Positions 17,882 to 28,188 of a DNA stretch of 64,000 nt are shown one piece after another. This DNA comes from Geobacter sp. (lineage in GTDB: Bacteria; Desulfobacterota; Desulfuromonadia; Geobacterales; Geobacteraceae). Where the stretch lies: NCBI RefSeq assembly GCF_027327745.1, contig NZ_DAHVYG010000085.1:20465-84464 (forward strand), in the 5' to 3' direction. The notes beneath the pieces are model-generated. The model did no database searches and was not told the origin of the DNA. It worked only from the letters and a program-made list of their open reading frames with translations. Position numbers and translations under genes: made by a program. Numbering within the stretch: the first letter of the stretch is position 1; every line of letters starts with the position of its first letter.

Positions 17882-17908
17882 CTTTCGAACACATAAAGGA
17901 GCCCCTCC

Positions 17909-20900
17909 ATGTCCCGCTTTTTCATAAACAGACCGATCTTCGCCTGGGTGATCGCCATCATGGTCATGCTGGCGGGCCTGCTGGCGATCAAGACCCTGCC
18001 GGTCTCCCAGTACCCCCCCATCGCACCGCCGCAGATCGCCATCAACGCCGTCTATCCGGGGGCCTCCGCCCAGACCGTGCAGGACACGGTCACCCAGGTC
18101 ATCGAACAGAAGCTGAACGGGATCGACAACCTGATCTACATGTCCTCCACGAGCGACTCGGCCGGGGCGGTTTCCATCACTCTGACCTTCAAGGCGGGGA
18201 CCGACCCGAATATCGCCCAGGTGCAGGTGCAGAACAAACTGCAGCTGGCCGTGCCGCTCCTGCCGCAGATCGTGCAGCGCCAGGGGATACAGGTGGTCAA
18301 GTCCACCCGCAACTTCCTGATGATCGTCGGCCTCGTGTCGGAAGACGGCTCCATGGATCGCAATGCCCTGACCGACTACATGGTCTCCAACCTCCAGGAC
18401 ATCGTCAGCCGCCTGGACGGGGTGGGTGAACTCATGCTGTTCGGCACCCAGAACGCCATGCGGATCTGGCTGAACCCGACCAGGCTCAACAACTACCACC
18501 TGACTACCAACGACGTGATCGCCGCGTTGCAGGCCCAGAACGCCCAGGTATCCGCCGGCCAGTTCGGCGGTACTCCCGCCGTCCAGGGGCAGCAACTGAA
18601 CGCCACCATCACAGCGCGCACTCTCCTGCAGACGCCGGACCAGTTCGACAATGTCGTGCTCCGGACCAACAGCGACGGCTCCACCGTTCGGCTGAAGGAC
18701 GTGGCGGTGAGCAAGATCGGTACCGAGAACTACGATATCCAGTCGTTCTACAACGGCAAACCGGTGGGGGGGATGGCAATCCGTCTGGCGGCCGGGGCCA
18801 ACGCCCTGGAGACGGGAAACCGGGTCAAGGCCAAGATGGCCGAACTCTCCAAGTACTTCCCTCCCGGCGTCAAGGTAGTCTACCCCTACGACTCCACCCC
18901 CTTCGTCAAGATCTCCATCGAAGAGGTGGTGCGGACCCTGGTGGAGGCGGTCTGCCTGGTCTTTATCATCATGTTCCTCTTCCTGCAGAACATCCGGGCC
19001 ACCCTGATCCCGACCATCGCCGTGCCGGTGGTGCTCCTCGGGACCATGGGGGTGCTGGCGGCCAGCGGCTTCTCCATCAACACCCTGACCATGTTCGCTC
19101 TGGTCATCGTCATCGGCCTCCTGGTGGACGACGCCATCGTGGTCGTCGAGAACGTGGAGCGGATCATGACCGAGGAGGGGCTCTCCCCCCATGACGCCAC
19201 CGTCAAGTCCATGGGGCAGATCACCGGGGCGCTCTGGGGGATCGCCACCGTCCTCTCGGCGGTCTTCCTCCCGATGGCCTTTTTCGGCGGCTCCACCGGG
19301 GTCATCTACCGCCAGTTCTCCATCACCATCATCTCCGCCATGATCCTGTCGGTCTTCGTGGCCCAGATCCTGACGCCGGCCCTCTGCGCCACCATCCTCA
19401 AGCCGATGACCAAGGGGCACGAGGCGTGCGAGAGCGGCTGGTTCTGCCCGTTCTTCCGCAGGTTCAACCGGGCATTCGACTTCTGTCGGAGAAAGTACGA
19501 GGGGATCGTCGGCCGCTCTTTCGGCAAGCCGGTGCGCTACCTGGTGGTGTACGGCGGCATCGTTTCCGCCATGGCGTTCTTTTTCCTCCATCTCCCCACG
19601 GCGTTCCTCCCCGATGAGGATCAGGGATTCCTCATTTGCCAGGTGCAGCTTCCCGCCGGCGCTACCCAGGAACGGACCATGCAAGTCCTGGGGCAGATGG
19701 AGCAGCATTTCCTGCAGAAGGAGTCCAAAACGGTGGAAGGGATCATCACTGTGGCCGGGTTCAGCTTTGCCGGCCGGGGCCAGAACATGGGGCTCGCCTG
19801 GGTGAAGCTCAAGGACTGGAAACTGCGCAATTCCCCGGAACTGAAGGCGAAGGCCATTGCCGGCCGGGCCATGCAGGCCTTCTCCCGCATCCGGGACGGT
19901 CTCGCCTTTGCCTTTTCCCCGCCGGCGGTGCTGGAACTGGGGGTCGCCAACGGTTTCGACCTGCAGCTTCAGGACCGCGGCGGGCTCGGTCATGAAAAGC
20001 TGATGGAGGCGCGCAACCAGCTCCTCGGCATGGCCATGAAAAACCCCAAGCTGGTGGCGGTGCGCCCCAACGGCCAGGACGATTCGCCCCAGTTCAAGCT
20101 CGACATCGACGACGTGCGCGCCGGTGCCCTGGGGGTCTCCCTGGCCGACGTCAACAGCGTCCTCTCCACCGCTTGGGGGAGTTCCTATGTGAACGACTTC
20201 ATCCAGAACGGCCGGGTCAAGAAGGTCTACCTCCAGTCGGAGCCCCGGGCGCGGATGCTGCCGGAAGATATCAATAGCTGGTATGTGCGCAACAACAACG
20301 GGGAAATGGTTCCGTTCTCGGCCTTTGCCACCGCCCGCTGGCAGTACGGTTCGCCGCGCCTTGAGCGCTACAACAGCATCCCCTCCGTGGAGGTCCTGGG
20401 ACAGGCGGCGCCGGGGGTGAGTACCGGCGAGGCGATGGCTGAGATGGAGCGGATGGCGGCCCAGCTCCCCCCCGGCATCGGGTACGAGTGGACCGGCCTC
20501 TCCTACGAGGAGAAGCATGCCGGCGCCCAGGCCCCGGCCCTCTACGCCATCTCGCTCCTGGTGGTGTTCCTTGCCGTGGCCGCCCTGTATGAAAGCTGGA
20601 CCATCCCCTTCGTCAACCTCCTGATGCTCCCCCTGGGACTGGTGGGGGCGGTGGCGGCGGTGAAGCTGCGGATGTTCCCCAACGACATCTATCTCCAGAT
20701 CGGGCTTCTCACCACCGTGGGGCTTTCGACCAAGAACGCGATCCTGATCATCCAGTTCATCAAGGAGCAGCTCCGCCAGGGGCACGAGCTGGTGGAGGCG
20801 ACCCTGGCGGCGGTGAAGATCCGGCTGCGGCCGGTCGTCATGACCTCGCTGGCATTCTTCTTCGGTACCCTGCCGCTGGCCCTCACCAAGGGGGCCGGGG

Positions 20901-21070
20901 CCGCGGCCCAGAACGCCATCGGCACCGCCGTCACCGGCGGGCTTCTCTCGGCCACCTTCATCGACCTGATCTTTATCCCGTTCTTCTTCGTCCTGGTTTC
21001 CCGCATCTTTGCGAGGAAGCCGGCTCCCGTTCCGGTTGCCGCGACAGCCGACCCCCAGGAGGTGAACTGA
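17909..21070 (+). CDS. RND multidrug efflux permease (AcrB/MexB family)
   Basis: 1053 aa. [18 protein letters not shown]-terminus and a 12-TM HAE1 pattern throughout. Confidence 0.95.
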   Translation: MSRFFINRPIFAWVIAIMVMLAGLLAIKTLPVSQYPPIAPPQIAINAVYPGASAQTVQDTVTQVIEQKLNGIDNLIYMSSTSDSAGAVSITLTFKAGTDPNIAQVQVQNKLQLAVPLLPQIVQRQGIQVVKSTRNFLMIVGLVSEDGSMDRNALTDYMVSNLQDIVSRLDGVGELMLFGTQNAMRIWLNPTRLNNYHLTTNDVIAALQAQNAQVSAGQFGGTPAVQGQQLNATITARTLLQTPDQFDNVVLRTNSDGSTVRLKDVAVSKIGTENYDIQSFYNGKPVGGMAIRLAAGANALETGNRVKAKMAELSKYFPPGVKVVYPYDSTPFVKISIEEVVRTLVEAVCLVFIIMFLFLQNIRATLIPTIAVPVVLLGTMGVLAASGFSINTLTMFALVIVIGLLVDDAIVVVENVERIMTEEGLSPHDATVKSMGQITGALWGIATVLSAVFLPMAFFGGSTGVIYRQFSITIISAMILSVFVAQILTPALCATILKPMTKGHEACESGWFCPFFRRFNRAFDFCRRKYEGIVGRSFGKPVRYLVVYGGIVSAMAFFFLHLPTAFLPDEDQGFLICQVQLPAGATQERTMQVLGQMEQHFLQKESKTVEGIITVAGFSFAGRGQNMGLAWVKLKDWKLRNSPELKAKAIAGRAMQAFSRIRDGLAFAFSPPAVLELGVANGFDLQLQDRGGLGHEKLMEARNQLLGMAMKNPKLVAVRPNGQDDSPQFKLDIDDVRAGALGVSLADVNSVLSTAWGSSYVNDFIQNGRVKKVYLQSEPRARMLPEDINSWYVRNNNGEMVPFSAFATARWQYGSPRLERYNSIPSVEVLGQAAPGVSTGEAMAEMERMAAQLPPGIGYEWTGLSYEEKHAGAQAPALYAISLLVVFLAVAALYESWTIPFVNLLMLPLGLVGAVAAVKLRMFPNDIYLQIGLLTTVGLSTKNAILIIQFIKEQLRQGHELVEATLAAVKIRLRPVVMTSLAFFFGTLPLALTKGAGAAAQNAIGTAVTGGLLSATFIDLIFIPFFFVLVSRIFARKPAPVPVAATADPQEVN

Positions 21071-21108
21071 TGAATCTGACAAGCGCTGCAGAGAGAGGAG
21101 ATGTTTCG

Positions 21109-21180
21109 GTAGGGGCGATCCTCGTGAGCGCCCGTATTCTCGCGCATGCCGAAAAGGGCAAACACAAGGTTTGCCCCTAC
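21109..21180. repeat. paired-hairpin repeat element, copy A (GTAGGGGCGATCCTCGTGAGCGCCC ... GGGCAAACACAAGGTTTGCCCCTAC)
   Basis: Its ends are inverted repeats of each other. A second copy is at 57545-57606. It lies in the pump/outer-membrane-factor spacer. Confidence 0.75.
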
Positions 21181-21202
21181 TCTGATATTCGGAGATAACG
21201 CA

Positions 21203-22615
21203 ATGATCCGTAGAGGCATTTCAATTATCGCCGTTGCAGTCGGCCTGACCGGCTGCGCAACCATGGCGCCGGAGTATGAACAGCCGCCCGCCCCCGTCCC
21301 GGCCGCCTGGCCGAGCGGCCCGGCCTACAAGGAAGGTGCGGCGAAAGCCGAAAAACCGGTGGCCGACATCCCGTGGCAGGAGTTCTTCGTCGACGAAAAG
21401 CTCCGCAAGCTGATCGCCCTGGCCCTGGAGAACAACCGCGACCTGCGGGTGGCGGTCCTCAACATCGGGCGCGCCCGGGCCCAGTACCAGATCCGGCGCT
21501 CCGATCTCTTCCCGAAGGTGGACGCCACCGCCGCCGGCAATATACAGCGTCTGTCGTCGGGCTCCTTTGGCTCCAATCCCGCAGTGACCGTTGAGCAGTA
21601 CAACGTCAGTCTCGGCGCCAGCTCCTACGAGCTCGACCTCTTCGGCCGGGTGCGCAGTCTGAAAGATCAGGCCCTGGAGCAATTTCTTGCCACCGGGCAG
21701 GCCCGCCGCAGCGTCCAGATCAGCCTCGTTTCGGAGGTCGCGGTCGGCTACCTGACCCTGGCCGCCGACCGGGAGCGGCTGCAGCTGGCCCGGGAGACCC
21801 TGGCGAACCAGCAGGAATCCTACAAGCTCACCAAGAGCCGCTTCGAGGCCGGCGTCTCCTCCGCCCTCGACCTCCACCAGGCCCAGACCAGCGTTGACGC
21901 GGCCCGGGTCGACATCGCCCGCTACACGACCCTCGTGGCCCAGGACGAGAATGCCCTGAGCCTCGTGGTCGGCTCCCCCGTGCCGGCGGAGCTCCTTCCG
22001 GCGGCCCTCTCCGAGGCCCTCACCGCCCTGAAGGATGTGGCGCCGGGGCTCCCGTCCGACGTGCTGCTCCGCCGTCCCGACATCCTCCAGGCCGAGAACC
22101 TCCTGAAGGGGGCCAACGCCAACATCGGCGCGGCCCGGGCGGCGTTTTTCCCGCGGATCACCTTGACCGGCTCAATCGGCACGGGCAGTGGCGAACTGTC
22201 CGGCCTCTTCAAGCCCGGCTCCTTCATCTGGAGCTTCGCGCCGCGGATAACGCTGCCGATCTTCACCGCCGGCGCCAACCAGGCCAACCTGAAGGTGGCG
22301 GAGGTGGACCGGGACATCGCCGTGGCCCAGTACGAGAAGGCGATCCAGACCGCCTTCCGCGAGGTGGCCGATGCCCTCGCCCAGCGGGGGACCATCGACG
22401 AGCAGGTGGCGGCCCAGCAGTCCCTCACCGACGCCACCGCCGAAAGCCACAAGCTCTCCCAGGCCCGCTACGAAAAGGGGGTCGACAGCTACCTGCAGGT
22501 CCTTGACTCCCAGCGCTCCCTCTACGGCGCCCAGCAGAACCTGATCACCGCAAGGCTCTCCCGGCTGGCCAACCTGGTGACCCTCTACCGGGTGCTCGGG
22601 GGCGGGGGAGGGTAA
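21203..22615 (+). CDS. RND efflux outer-membrane factor lipoprotein (NodT/OprM family)
   Basis: Lipobox GLTGC. Two OEP repeats. 470 aa from ATG 21203. Confidence 0.9.
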   Translation: MIRRGISIIAVAVGLTGCATMAPEYEQPPAPVPAAWPSGPAYKEGAAKAEKPVADIPWQEFFVDEKLRKLIALALENNRDLRVAVLNIGRARAQYQIRRSDLFPKVDATAAGNIQRLSSGSFGSNPAVTVEQYNVSLGASSYELDLFGRVRSLKDQALEQFLATGQARRSVQISLVSEVAVGYLTLAADRERLQLARETLANQQESYKLTKSRFEAGVSSALDLHQAQTSVDAARVDIARYTTLVAQDENALSLVVGSPVPAELLPAALSEALTALKDVAPGLPSDVLLRRPDILQAENLLKGANANIGAARAAFFPRITLTGSIGTGSGELSGLFKPGSFIWSFAPRITLPIFTAGANQANLKVAEVDRDIAVAQYEKAIQTAFREVADALAQRGTIDEQVAAQQSLTDATAESHKLSQARYEKGVDSYLQVLDSQRSLYGAQQNLITARLSRLANLVTLYRVLGGGGG

Positions 22616-22637
22616 GGCCCCGTCAGGTGAAAAGCAC

Positions 22638-22676
22638 AAAAGCCCGTCAGTGCATGCTGACGGGCTTTTGTTGTGT
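22638..22676. terminator. bidirectional rho-independent terminator between convergent genes
   Basis: AAAAGCCCGTCAG-TGCATG-CTGACGGGCTTTT, a 13-bp stem, followed by TGTTGTGTG. Confidence 0.8.
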
Positions 22677-22693
22677 GTGTGGGAAAGGTCGGA

Positions 22694-23563
22694 TCACTCC
22701 GCTTCCCGCAGCCGGGCCGTCTCCCAGGCGAGGATCGCCCGCTTGCGCGCCGTCCCCCAGCGGTAGCCGCCGATGGCTCCCGACTCCCGGAGCACCCGGT
22801 GGCAGGGGATCAGGAAGGCGACGGGGTTGGCGCCGATGGCGCTTCCCACGGCCCGCGATGCGCGGGGGGCGCCTGCCAGCCGCGCGATCTCGCCATAGCT
22901 TGCCGCCACCCCCGCGGGAATGCGCAGAAGCGCCTCCCAGACCTTGATCTGGAAGTTGGTTCCCTTCACCAGGACGGCGAGGGGGAGATCCCGCAGTGGC
23001 GGTTCGGCGCCGAAGAGCCGGCGGACGATTTCCCCCGTTTCCCGGCGATCCTCCCTGAACTCCGACCGGGGCCATTCCCGTTGCAGTTCGGCCAGAGCCG
23101 CCTTGCGGCCGTCGTCGGAAACGAAGCGCAGTGCGCAGATCCCGCGGTCAGTCACCGCCACGAGGCAGATGCCGAAGGGGGTGGGGTGGAAGCCGCAGCG
23201 GATGGCGAGCCCCGCCCCCAGCGCCTTGTACTCGCCGGGAGTGAGGGCTTCGAGGGTGACGAAGAGGTCGTGGAGCCGGCCGGGTCCCGAGAGACCGCAG
23301 TCGAGGGAGGTGTCGAGGACGCTGTGCGACTGCCGCAGCAGCTCCTTGGCATAGCCGGCGGTGAGGTACTGGAGGAACTGCTTGGGGGTGACCCCCGCCC
23401 AGCGGCGGAAGCAGCGCTGGAAGTGGAACGGACTCAGGCCGACGTGGGCGGCGACCTCCTCCAGGGAAGGCTGACGCCGGAAATTCGCCTCAAGAAAGCG
23501 GATCGCTTCCTCGATGCGGGCGTAATCGCGGGCAAGTCGGTCGAGTCCTCTGCTCATCGCCAT
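22694..23563 (-). CDS. Ada-like bifunctional protein: AraC-type HTH plus methylated-DNA-protein-cysteine methyltransferase
   Basis: AraC HTH (LEEVAAHVGLSPFHFQRCFRRWAGVTPKQF). Ogt active site IPCHRV. C-terminal GGYRWG. Confidence 0.85.
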   Translation of the reverse strand: MAMSRGLDRLARDYARIEEAIRFLEANFRRQPSLEEVAAHVGLSPFHFQRCFRRWAGVTPKQFLQYLTAGYAKELLRQSHSVLDTSLDCGLSGPGRLHDLFVTLEALTPGEYKALGAGLAIRCGFHPTPFGICLVAVTDRGICALRFVSDDGRKAALAELQREWPRSEFREDRRETGEIVRRLFGAEPPLRDLPLAVLVKGTNFQIKVWEALLRIPAGVAASYGEIARLAGAPRASRAVGSAIGANPVAFLIPCHRVLRESGAIGGYRWGTARKRAILAWETARLREAE

Positions 23564-23624
23564 CTCCTTTCACCTGTAAAAAGCACCTGATAACACGGAG
23601 AAACGATAGCCGAACCGGCCGCGA

Positions 23625-24134
23625 TTATCCACCCGGATCTTGCGGAGGTGGTGAAGAGCCCGGGCGCCGCGCCGCGATCCGGGCATGGACGAGCACCGCC
23701 ACCACCGTGAGGTTTACGAGGAAGATGCCGATCTTGACCGGCGTGACGGAGAGGAAGAGCTCGTAGATCTCGACGGGGAGGTAGATGCCGCCGGAGACGA
23801 TGCCGAGCCACTCGGCCCACGCCCGGCCGCGCCAGAGCCCCCACGCCTCGACGAAGCGAAGGGTGGCGTAGCCGAAGGCGCCGAGAGCCAGCAGCCGGAG
23901 CCGCCCACCCTCGGCCTCCCCGGCCGCTTCGAGAAAGATGCGGGGAACGCGGCTCGCCGGGTTCAGGTGGAGGTGCCGGACGATCTCCTCGGCGATGGCC
24001 TGGACGTTGCGATGGATGAGGGAGAGAAGCCCGAGCCCCGCCAGGATGACGAGGAGACCCTTGGTCGCCTCGAAGAAGGCGATGGTGCGCAGATCGGCAG
24101 TAACGCGGGGGATTTCGTGGTTCGGGGTGCCCAT
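23625..24134 (-). CDS. DUF2127-like membrane protein
   Basis: 169 aa from MGTPNHEIP. Four hydrophobic helices. The family name is from memory. Confidence 0.55.
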   Translation of the reverse strand: MGTPNHEIPRVTADLRTIAFFEATKGLLVILAGLGLLSLIHRNVQAIAEEIVRHLHLNPASRVPRIFLEAAGEAEGGRLRLLALGAFGYATLRFVEAWGLWRGRAWAEWLGIVSGGIYLPVEIYELFLSVTPVKIGIFLVNLTVVAVLVHARIAARRPGSSPPPQDPGG

Positions 24135-24151
24135 TGATTTGCGGTTGGCGG

Positions 24152-24589
24152 TCAGCGCCGGTAGATCAGCGCTGCCCCTGCCATGAGGATGATGGCCCCG
24201 GCGATCCGCCTGGCGTCCAGGGGAGCGCCCCGGAAACCGAAGAGGCCGAGCTGGTCCATCACGAGCCCCGTGGTGAGCTGGGCGGCGATGATGGCGGCCA
24301 TGGTGGCGGCGGTGCCGAGCCGCGGCACGACCACGATGGTGAGGGTGACAAAGACCGCGCCGAGGAGCCCGCCGGTCAGCTCCCACCATGACGCGCCCGG
24401 GAGGGAGCGGAGGCTTCCGCGGCCGAACAGGGAGACCGCCGCGGCCAGGGCGATGGTCCCCACGGCGAAGGAGACGAAGGAACTCTCGATGACCCCTATC
24501 TTCTGGGCGAGCCGGGCGTTGATGGATGGCTGGAGCGCGAGGATGGCGCCGCCGCACATCATGAGGAGAAAGAGGGCGAGGTTCGACAT
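24152..24589 (-). CDS. DMT-superfamily membrane protein (DUF606/YdcZ-like)
   Basis: 145 aa from MSNLALFLLMMCGG. Five hydrophobic helices. Confidence 0.6.
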   Translation of the reverse strand: MSNLALFLLMMCGGAILALQPSINARLAQKIGVIESSFVSFAVGTIALAAAVSLFGRGSLRSLPGASWWELTGGLLGAVFVTLTIVVVPRLGTAATMAAIIAAQLTTGLVMDQLGLFGFRGAPLDARRIAGAIILMAGAALIYRR

Positions 24590-24731
24590 GGGAACTCCTT
24601 GACGCGGGGAGTGATATGGGGCGATGGCGGTGATTGTACGTCTGCGTGGCGCAAGGCGCAATCCTTTCGACGCAAAAAAAGAGGGGAAGCTTTCCGCTTC
24701 CCCCGGGCGTTCTGCCCTTTGTCACCGCTCA

Positions 24732-25214
24732 TTACTCCACGGTGATCTGCCGGACCGTGCTGGTCTCGGTTCTCGGGATCCGCACTTCGAGCACCCCGTC
24801 TTTGAAGCTCGCCTTGATGTGCTCCGTATCGAGCCCCTCGGGGAGGCCGAGGGTCCGGCTGAAGGAGCCGTGGGAGCGTTCGAGCCGCAGGAAGTTGCTC
24901 CGTTCGATCTTCTCTTCGGTGCTCTTTTCACCGGAGATGATAAGGTTGTTGTCGACGATCCGGAGATTGATGTCATTTTTCAACATACCGGGGAGCTCGG
25001 CCTTCACGACCAGGTTCCCGCCTTCCTCGAACATGTCGACCGCCGGCATCATCTCCATGCCGCCCCCCAGATCGTGGAGCATATGCCGCAGAGGCAACCA
25101 GCTCATCCCGACGAACGGCCGGTTGAACGACTCTTCAAACCACCGCTCCATCTCCCTCAGCGGCGAGAGGATGCTTACTTCGCCCTTTGTTCTTTCGCTT
25201 CTTCCCGTGGTCAT
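24732..25214 (-). CDS. Hsp20/alpha-crystallin small heat-shock protein
   Basis: Alpha-crystallin domain PAVDMFEEGGNLVVKAELPGM...GSFSRTLGLPEGLD...ASFKDGVLEVRIPR. The ORF could extend to 25307. Confidence 0.85.
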   Translation of the reverse strand: MTTGRSERTKGEVSILSPLREMERWFEESFNRPFVGMSWLPLRHMLHDLGGGMEMMPAVDMFEEGGNLVVKAELPGMLKNDINLRIVDNNLIISGEKSTEEKIERSNFLRLERSHGSFSRTLGLPEGLDTEHIKASFKDGVLEVRIPRTETSTVRQITVE

Positions 25215-25348
25215 CGCCTTAGCTTCAGACCCGGTTTGACGTTTCACGCTCACCGATTCCCCGGTACTTCTCGGGGTTTCTGTTCTGAGTTCCGTGTGCC
25301 GTCTCATGATTCAACACCCCTTTCCGTGAGATAGGTTTTCCTGCTTTC

Positions 25349-25376
25349 AGTATAATCAATTGAAAATGAATGTCAA
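25349..25376 (-). promoter_or_regulatory. sigma70-like promoter candidate for the Hsp20 gene (TTGACA-N16-TATACT on the minus strand)
   Basis: TGTCAA at 25371-25376 and AGTATA at 25349-25354 on the plus strand. Confidence 0.4.
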
Positions 25377-25463
25377 GAGCGCTTGACTTGCCCTGTCAGC
25401 AAAGTATGGCATCCTCTTCTTAATGTATTTCCATTCCCGTGGATTGGTGGAAAGGAGGCTGCC

Positions 25464-27524
25464 ATGCCGACGAAAGAGATCCGGGGACGGACATTCGACG
25501 CCCGTCCCGACCGCATCGACTACCGCGACCGCATCTACAATCCCCCCCTCGTCTCACTCCCCGAGCAGTATCCCGACCCGGAGTTCATCGGCACCTACCT
25601 TGCCGACTACACGAAGGTCCACGGCCTCGTCCTCGACCAGGGGCGGGAGGGGGCCTGCACCGGCTTCGGGCTGGCGGCGGTGATCAACTACCTCCAGTGG
25701 CGAAAGCACCTGGAGACGGTCCTCAAGAACGACAGGAAGGGGGGAAAGGTCCTCCGGGTGAGCCCGCGGATGCTCTACCACATGGCGCGGATCTACGACG
25801 AATGGCCCGGCGAGGATTACGAAGGGTCGAGCTGCCGCGGCGCCATGAAGGGGTGGCACCGCCACGGCGTCTGCGCCGAAAAGTTCTGGCCCTACAAGGC
25901 GAAGTTCGTGAAGCCGAAGGAGGGATGGCAGCAGGACGCGGCGCGGCGTCCCCTCGGGGCCTACTACCGGATCGACAAGGACTCGGTGGCCGACATGCAG
26001 GCGGCGATCCGCGAGGTGGGGGCGATCTACGTCTCCTCCTCCGTCCACGCCGGGTGGTTCCTCGACAGCTCGGCGACCATCCCGGAAATTCCCATGGTGG
26101 ACGGGGAGACCGGCGGGCACGCCTACGCCATGATCGGCTACACCCCCCGGGGGTTCATCGTCCAGAACTCGTGGGGGGCGGTCTGGGGATACCACGGCTT
26201 CGCCATCCTCACCTACGAGGACTGGATCCAGCACGGCACCGACGCCTGGGTGTCGGTGCTCGGCGCGCCGATGGAGGTGGCGGCGCAGATCCGGACCCGC
26301 AGCAGCATGACCCTCCAGGAGGTGGCCAACGGCAAGGCCTCCTGGTCGTGGCGCCCCGACAGCGTGCGGGCCCCCTTCACCTATGCCCGGAGTGCCGCCG
26401 AGCCCCTGGACGAGAACGCCGCCTACGAGCGGACGGTGGTCCTCGGCAACGACGGCCGCCCCATCAACCGCTTCCTCGACGTGGCCGACGCCGCCGGCGC
26501 CGTCCGGGAGGCAGCCTTCACCCTTCCCCTCGACTGGCTCAGGAACCAGACGACGCCGAAGCTCGCCATCTACGCCCACGGCGGGCTCAACAACGAGGAG
26601 ACCTCCCTCAAGCGGATCCGGGTCATGGCCCCTTACTTCAGCGCCAACGGCATCTATCCCCTCTTCGTCACCTGGCGGACCGGCTTCGGCGAGAGCATCT
26701 CCGGGATGCTGGAAGACGCGGTCGCGAAGTTCGCCGGCCCGGCCGAGCCCTCCCGGGGGCTCTGGTCCGACATCAGCAGCGCCCTCCAGGAGGCGAAGGA
26801 CCGGACCGTGGAGGCGGCGTGCGAGCACCTCCTCGTCAAGCCGGTCTGGATGCAGATGAAGCAGAATGCCGCGGCGGCCGCCGAACGCGACGCCGGCCTC
26901 TTCCTCCTGGCGGGGTGCCTGGCCGACCTGAAGAAGGAGCTCCCGAACCTGGAGATCCACCTGGTGGGGCACTCGGCCGGCTCCATCCTCCACGGCCACC
27001 TCCTCGACCGGTTCGCCCCGAAGAAGCTCGCCGTGGAGACGGTGAGCCTCTTCGCCCCGGCCTGCACCGTCGGCTTCGCCCTCGACCACTACGTGCCGGC
27101 GGCGCAGCGGGGGATCATCGGGAAGGAACGGCTCTTCTTCGACATCCTGAGCGACGAGCGGGAGCAGGCCGACACGGTCGGCCCCTACGGCAAGTCGCTC
27201 CTCTACCTGGTGAGCCGCGCCCTGGAGGAGGTGCACAAGATGCCGATCCTCGGCATGGAGGGGGCGTGGGACCCGGCCGTGACGGCCCAGGACATCTGGA
27301 TCGGATCGAAGCGGCGGGACGTGGAGCAGTGGCAGGCGTTCATGGGGGGAATGGGGACGGTGCGGATCCACACCAAAGAGCGGGCCAAGGTCTTCGACGG
27401 CCACGAGTACATCCCCCTGGCTCACGGCTCCTTCGACAACGACACCGACGTGGTGGCGAAGACCATCGAGCGGATCAGGGGGGCGAAGCTCGCCGTGCCG
27501 GTGGAGAACCTCCATGGGTTCTGA
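25464..27524 (+). CDS. papain-like (C1) cysteine peptidase fused to a C-terminal alpha/beta-hydrolase (GHSAG lipase/esterase-like) domain; no signal peptide
   Basis: QGREGACTGFG (Cys), GGHAYAMIGY (His) and VQNSWG (Asn) in the first ~270 aa. Then LAIYAHGGLNNE and the nucleophile elbow HLVGHSAGS. AAGGAGG 5 nt upstream of ATG 25464. Confidence 0.75.
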   Translation: MPTKEIRGRTFDARPDRIDYRDRIYNPPLVSLPEQYPDPEFIGTYLADYTKVHGLVLDQGREGACTGFGLAAVINYLQWRKHLETVLKNDRKGGKVLRVSPRMLYHMARIYDEWPGEDYEGSSCRGAMKGWHRHGVCAEKFWPYKAKFVKPKEGWQQDAARRPLGAYYRIDKDSVADMQAAIREVGAIYVSSSVHAGWFLDSSATIPEIPMVDGETGGHAYAMIGYTPRGFIVQNSWGAVWGYHGFAILTYEDWIQHGTDAWVSVLGAPMEVAAQIRTRSSMTLQEVANGKASWSWRPDSVRAPFTYARSAAEPLDENAAYERTVVLGNDGRPINRFLDVADAAGAVREAAFTLPLDWLRNQTTPKLAIYAHGGLNNEETSLKRIRVMAPYFSANGIYPLFVTWRTGFGESISGMLEDAVAKFAGPAEPSRGLWSDISSALQEAKDRTVEAACEHLLVKPVWMQMKQNAAAAAERDAGLFLLAGCLADLKKELPNLEIHLVGHSAGSILHGHLLDRFAPKKLAVETVSLFAPACTVGFALDHYVPAAQRGIIGKERLFFDILSDEREQADTVGPYGKSLLYLVSRALEEVHKMPILGMEGAWDPAVTAQDIWIGSKRRDVEQWQAFMGGMGTVRIHTKERAKVFDGHEYIPLAHGSFDNDTDVVAKTIERIRGAKLAVPVENLHGF

Positions 27525-27601
27525 GGGGGGCACACTTCGCCCCCTCGATCATGTTGGGCTCCTGTCCCGGAGAAGCGTCTACATTGTTATAGACGCGTAG
27601 T

Positions 27602-27637
27602 GACCCCAGATTTTCCCACGACCCCAGATTTTCCCAC
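27602..27637. repeat. perfect 18-bp tandem repeat x2 (GACCCCAGATTTTCCCAC)
   Basis: 27602-27619 equals 27620-27637. It ends 22 nt upstream of ATG 27660. Confidence 0.95.
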
Positions 27638-27659
27638 AACACCACTAAGGAGGATCGCC

Positions 27660-28133
27660 ATGACAAGACCGATTCCGGAAGGTTTTCACACTGTTACACC
27701 GATGTTCATGTTCAAGGATGCCCGTAAGGCCTTGGAATTCTACAAACGGGCATTTGGCGCGGAGGAGCTCTTCGCCATGCCGGGGCCCGACGGCAAGGGG
27801 GTGATGCACGCCGAGCTCCGGATCGGCAGCTCGATCCTCATGATGGGCGAAGAGCATCCGCAGGAGCCCTGCAAAAGCGCGGAAACCATTGGTGGCTCTC
27901 CCGTCAGCTTCTACATCTATCTGGAGAACGTCGACGAGGCTTTCAGGAGGGCCGTTGAAGCAGGCGCCGAGGCCCGGATGCCCGTCCAAGACATGTTCTG
28001 GGGGGACCGCGCCGGTGCCGTGCAGGACCCCTTCGGCTACAGCTGGACCCTTGCCACCCATATCAAGGATCTGACGCCGCAGGAAATCCAACAGGGCGCC
28101 CAGGCCTTCTTCGCCCAAATGGTCGGGGGCTAA
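27660..28133 (+). CDS. VOC/glyoxalase-family protein (PhnB-like)
   Basis: FHTVTPMFMFKDARKALEFYKRAFGAEE...MHAELRIGSSILMMG...DMFWGDRAGAVQDPFGYSW. AAGGAGG upstream. Confidence 0.8.
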   Translation: MTRPIPEGFHTVTPMFMFKDARKALEFYKRAFGAEELFAMPGPDGKGVMHAELRIGSSILMMGEEHPQEPCKSAETIGGSPVSFYIYLENVDEAFRRAVEAGAEARMPVQDMFWGDRAGAVQDPFGYSWTLATHIKDLTPQEIQQGAQAFFAQMVGG

Positions 28134-28188
28134 TCAGGTCGAGAATTGAATACACTACCGCGATGCGCGGCGAGATGGAGGAAGTGTC

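Noticed and set aside
17150-21082. 1310-aa ORF on the minus strand spanning the whole RND pump gene
   Set aside because: This is a shadow ORF typical of high-GC DNA. It is antisense to a canonical AcrB-family gene, has G/R/P/H/D-dominated low-complexity composition, and shows no SD or recognisable domain.
25439-27592. 717-aa (+) and 659-aa (-) ORFs overlapping the peptidase-hydrolase gene
   Set aside because: Only the frame starting at ATG 25464 contains the C1 and GHSAG catalytic motifs and a consensus SD. The others are compositional artefacts.
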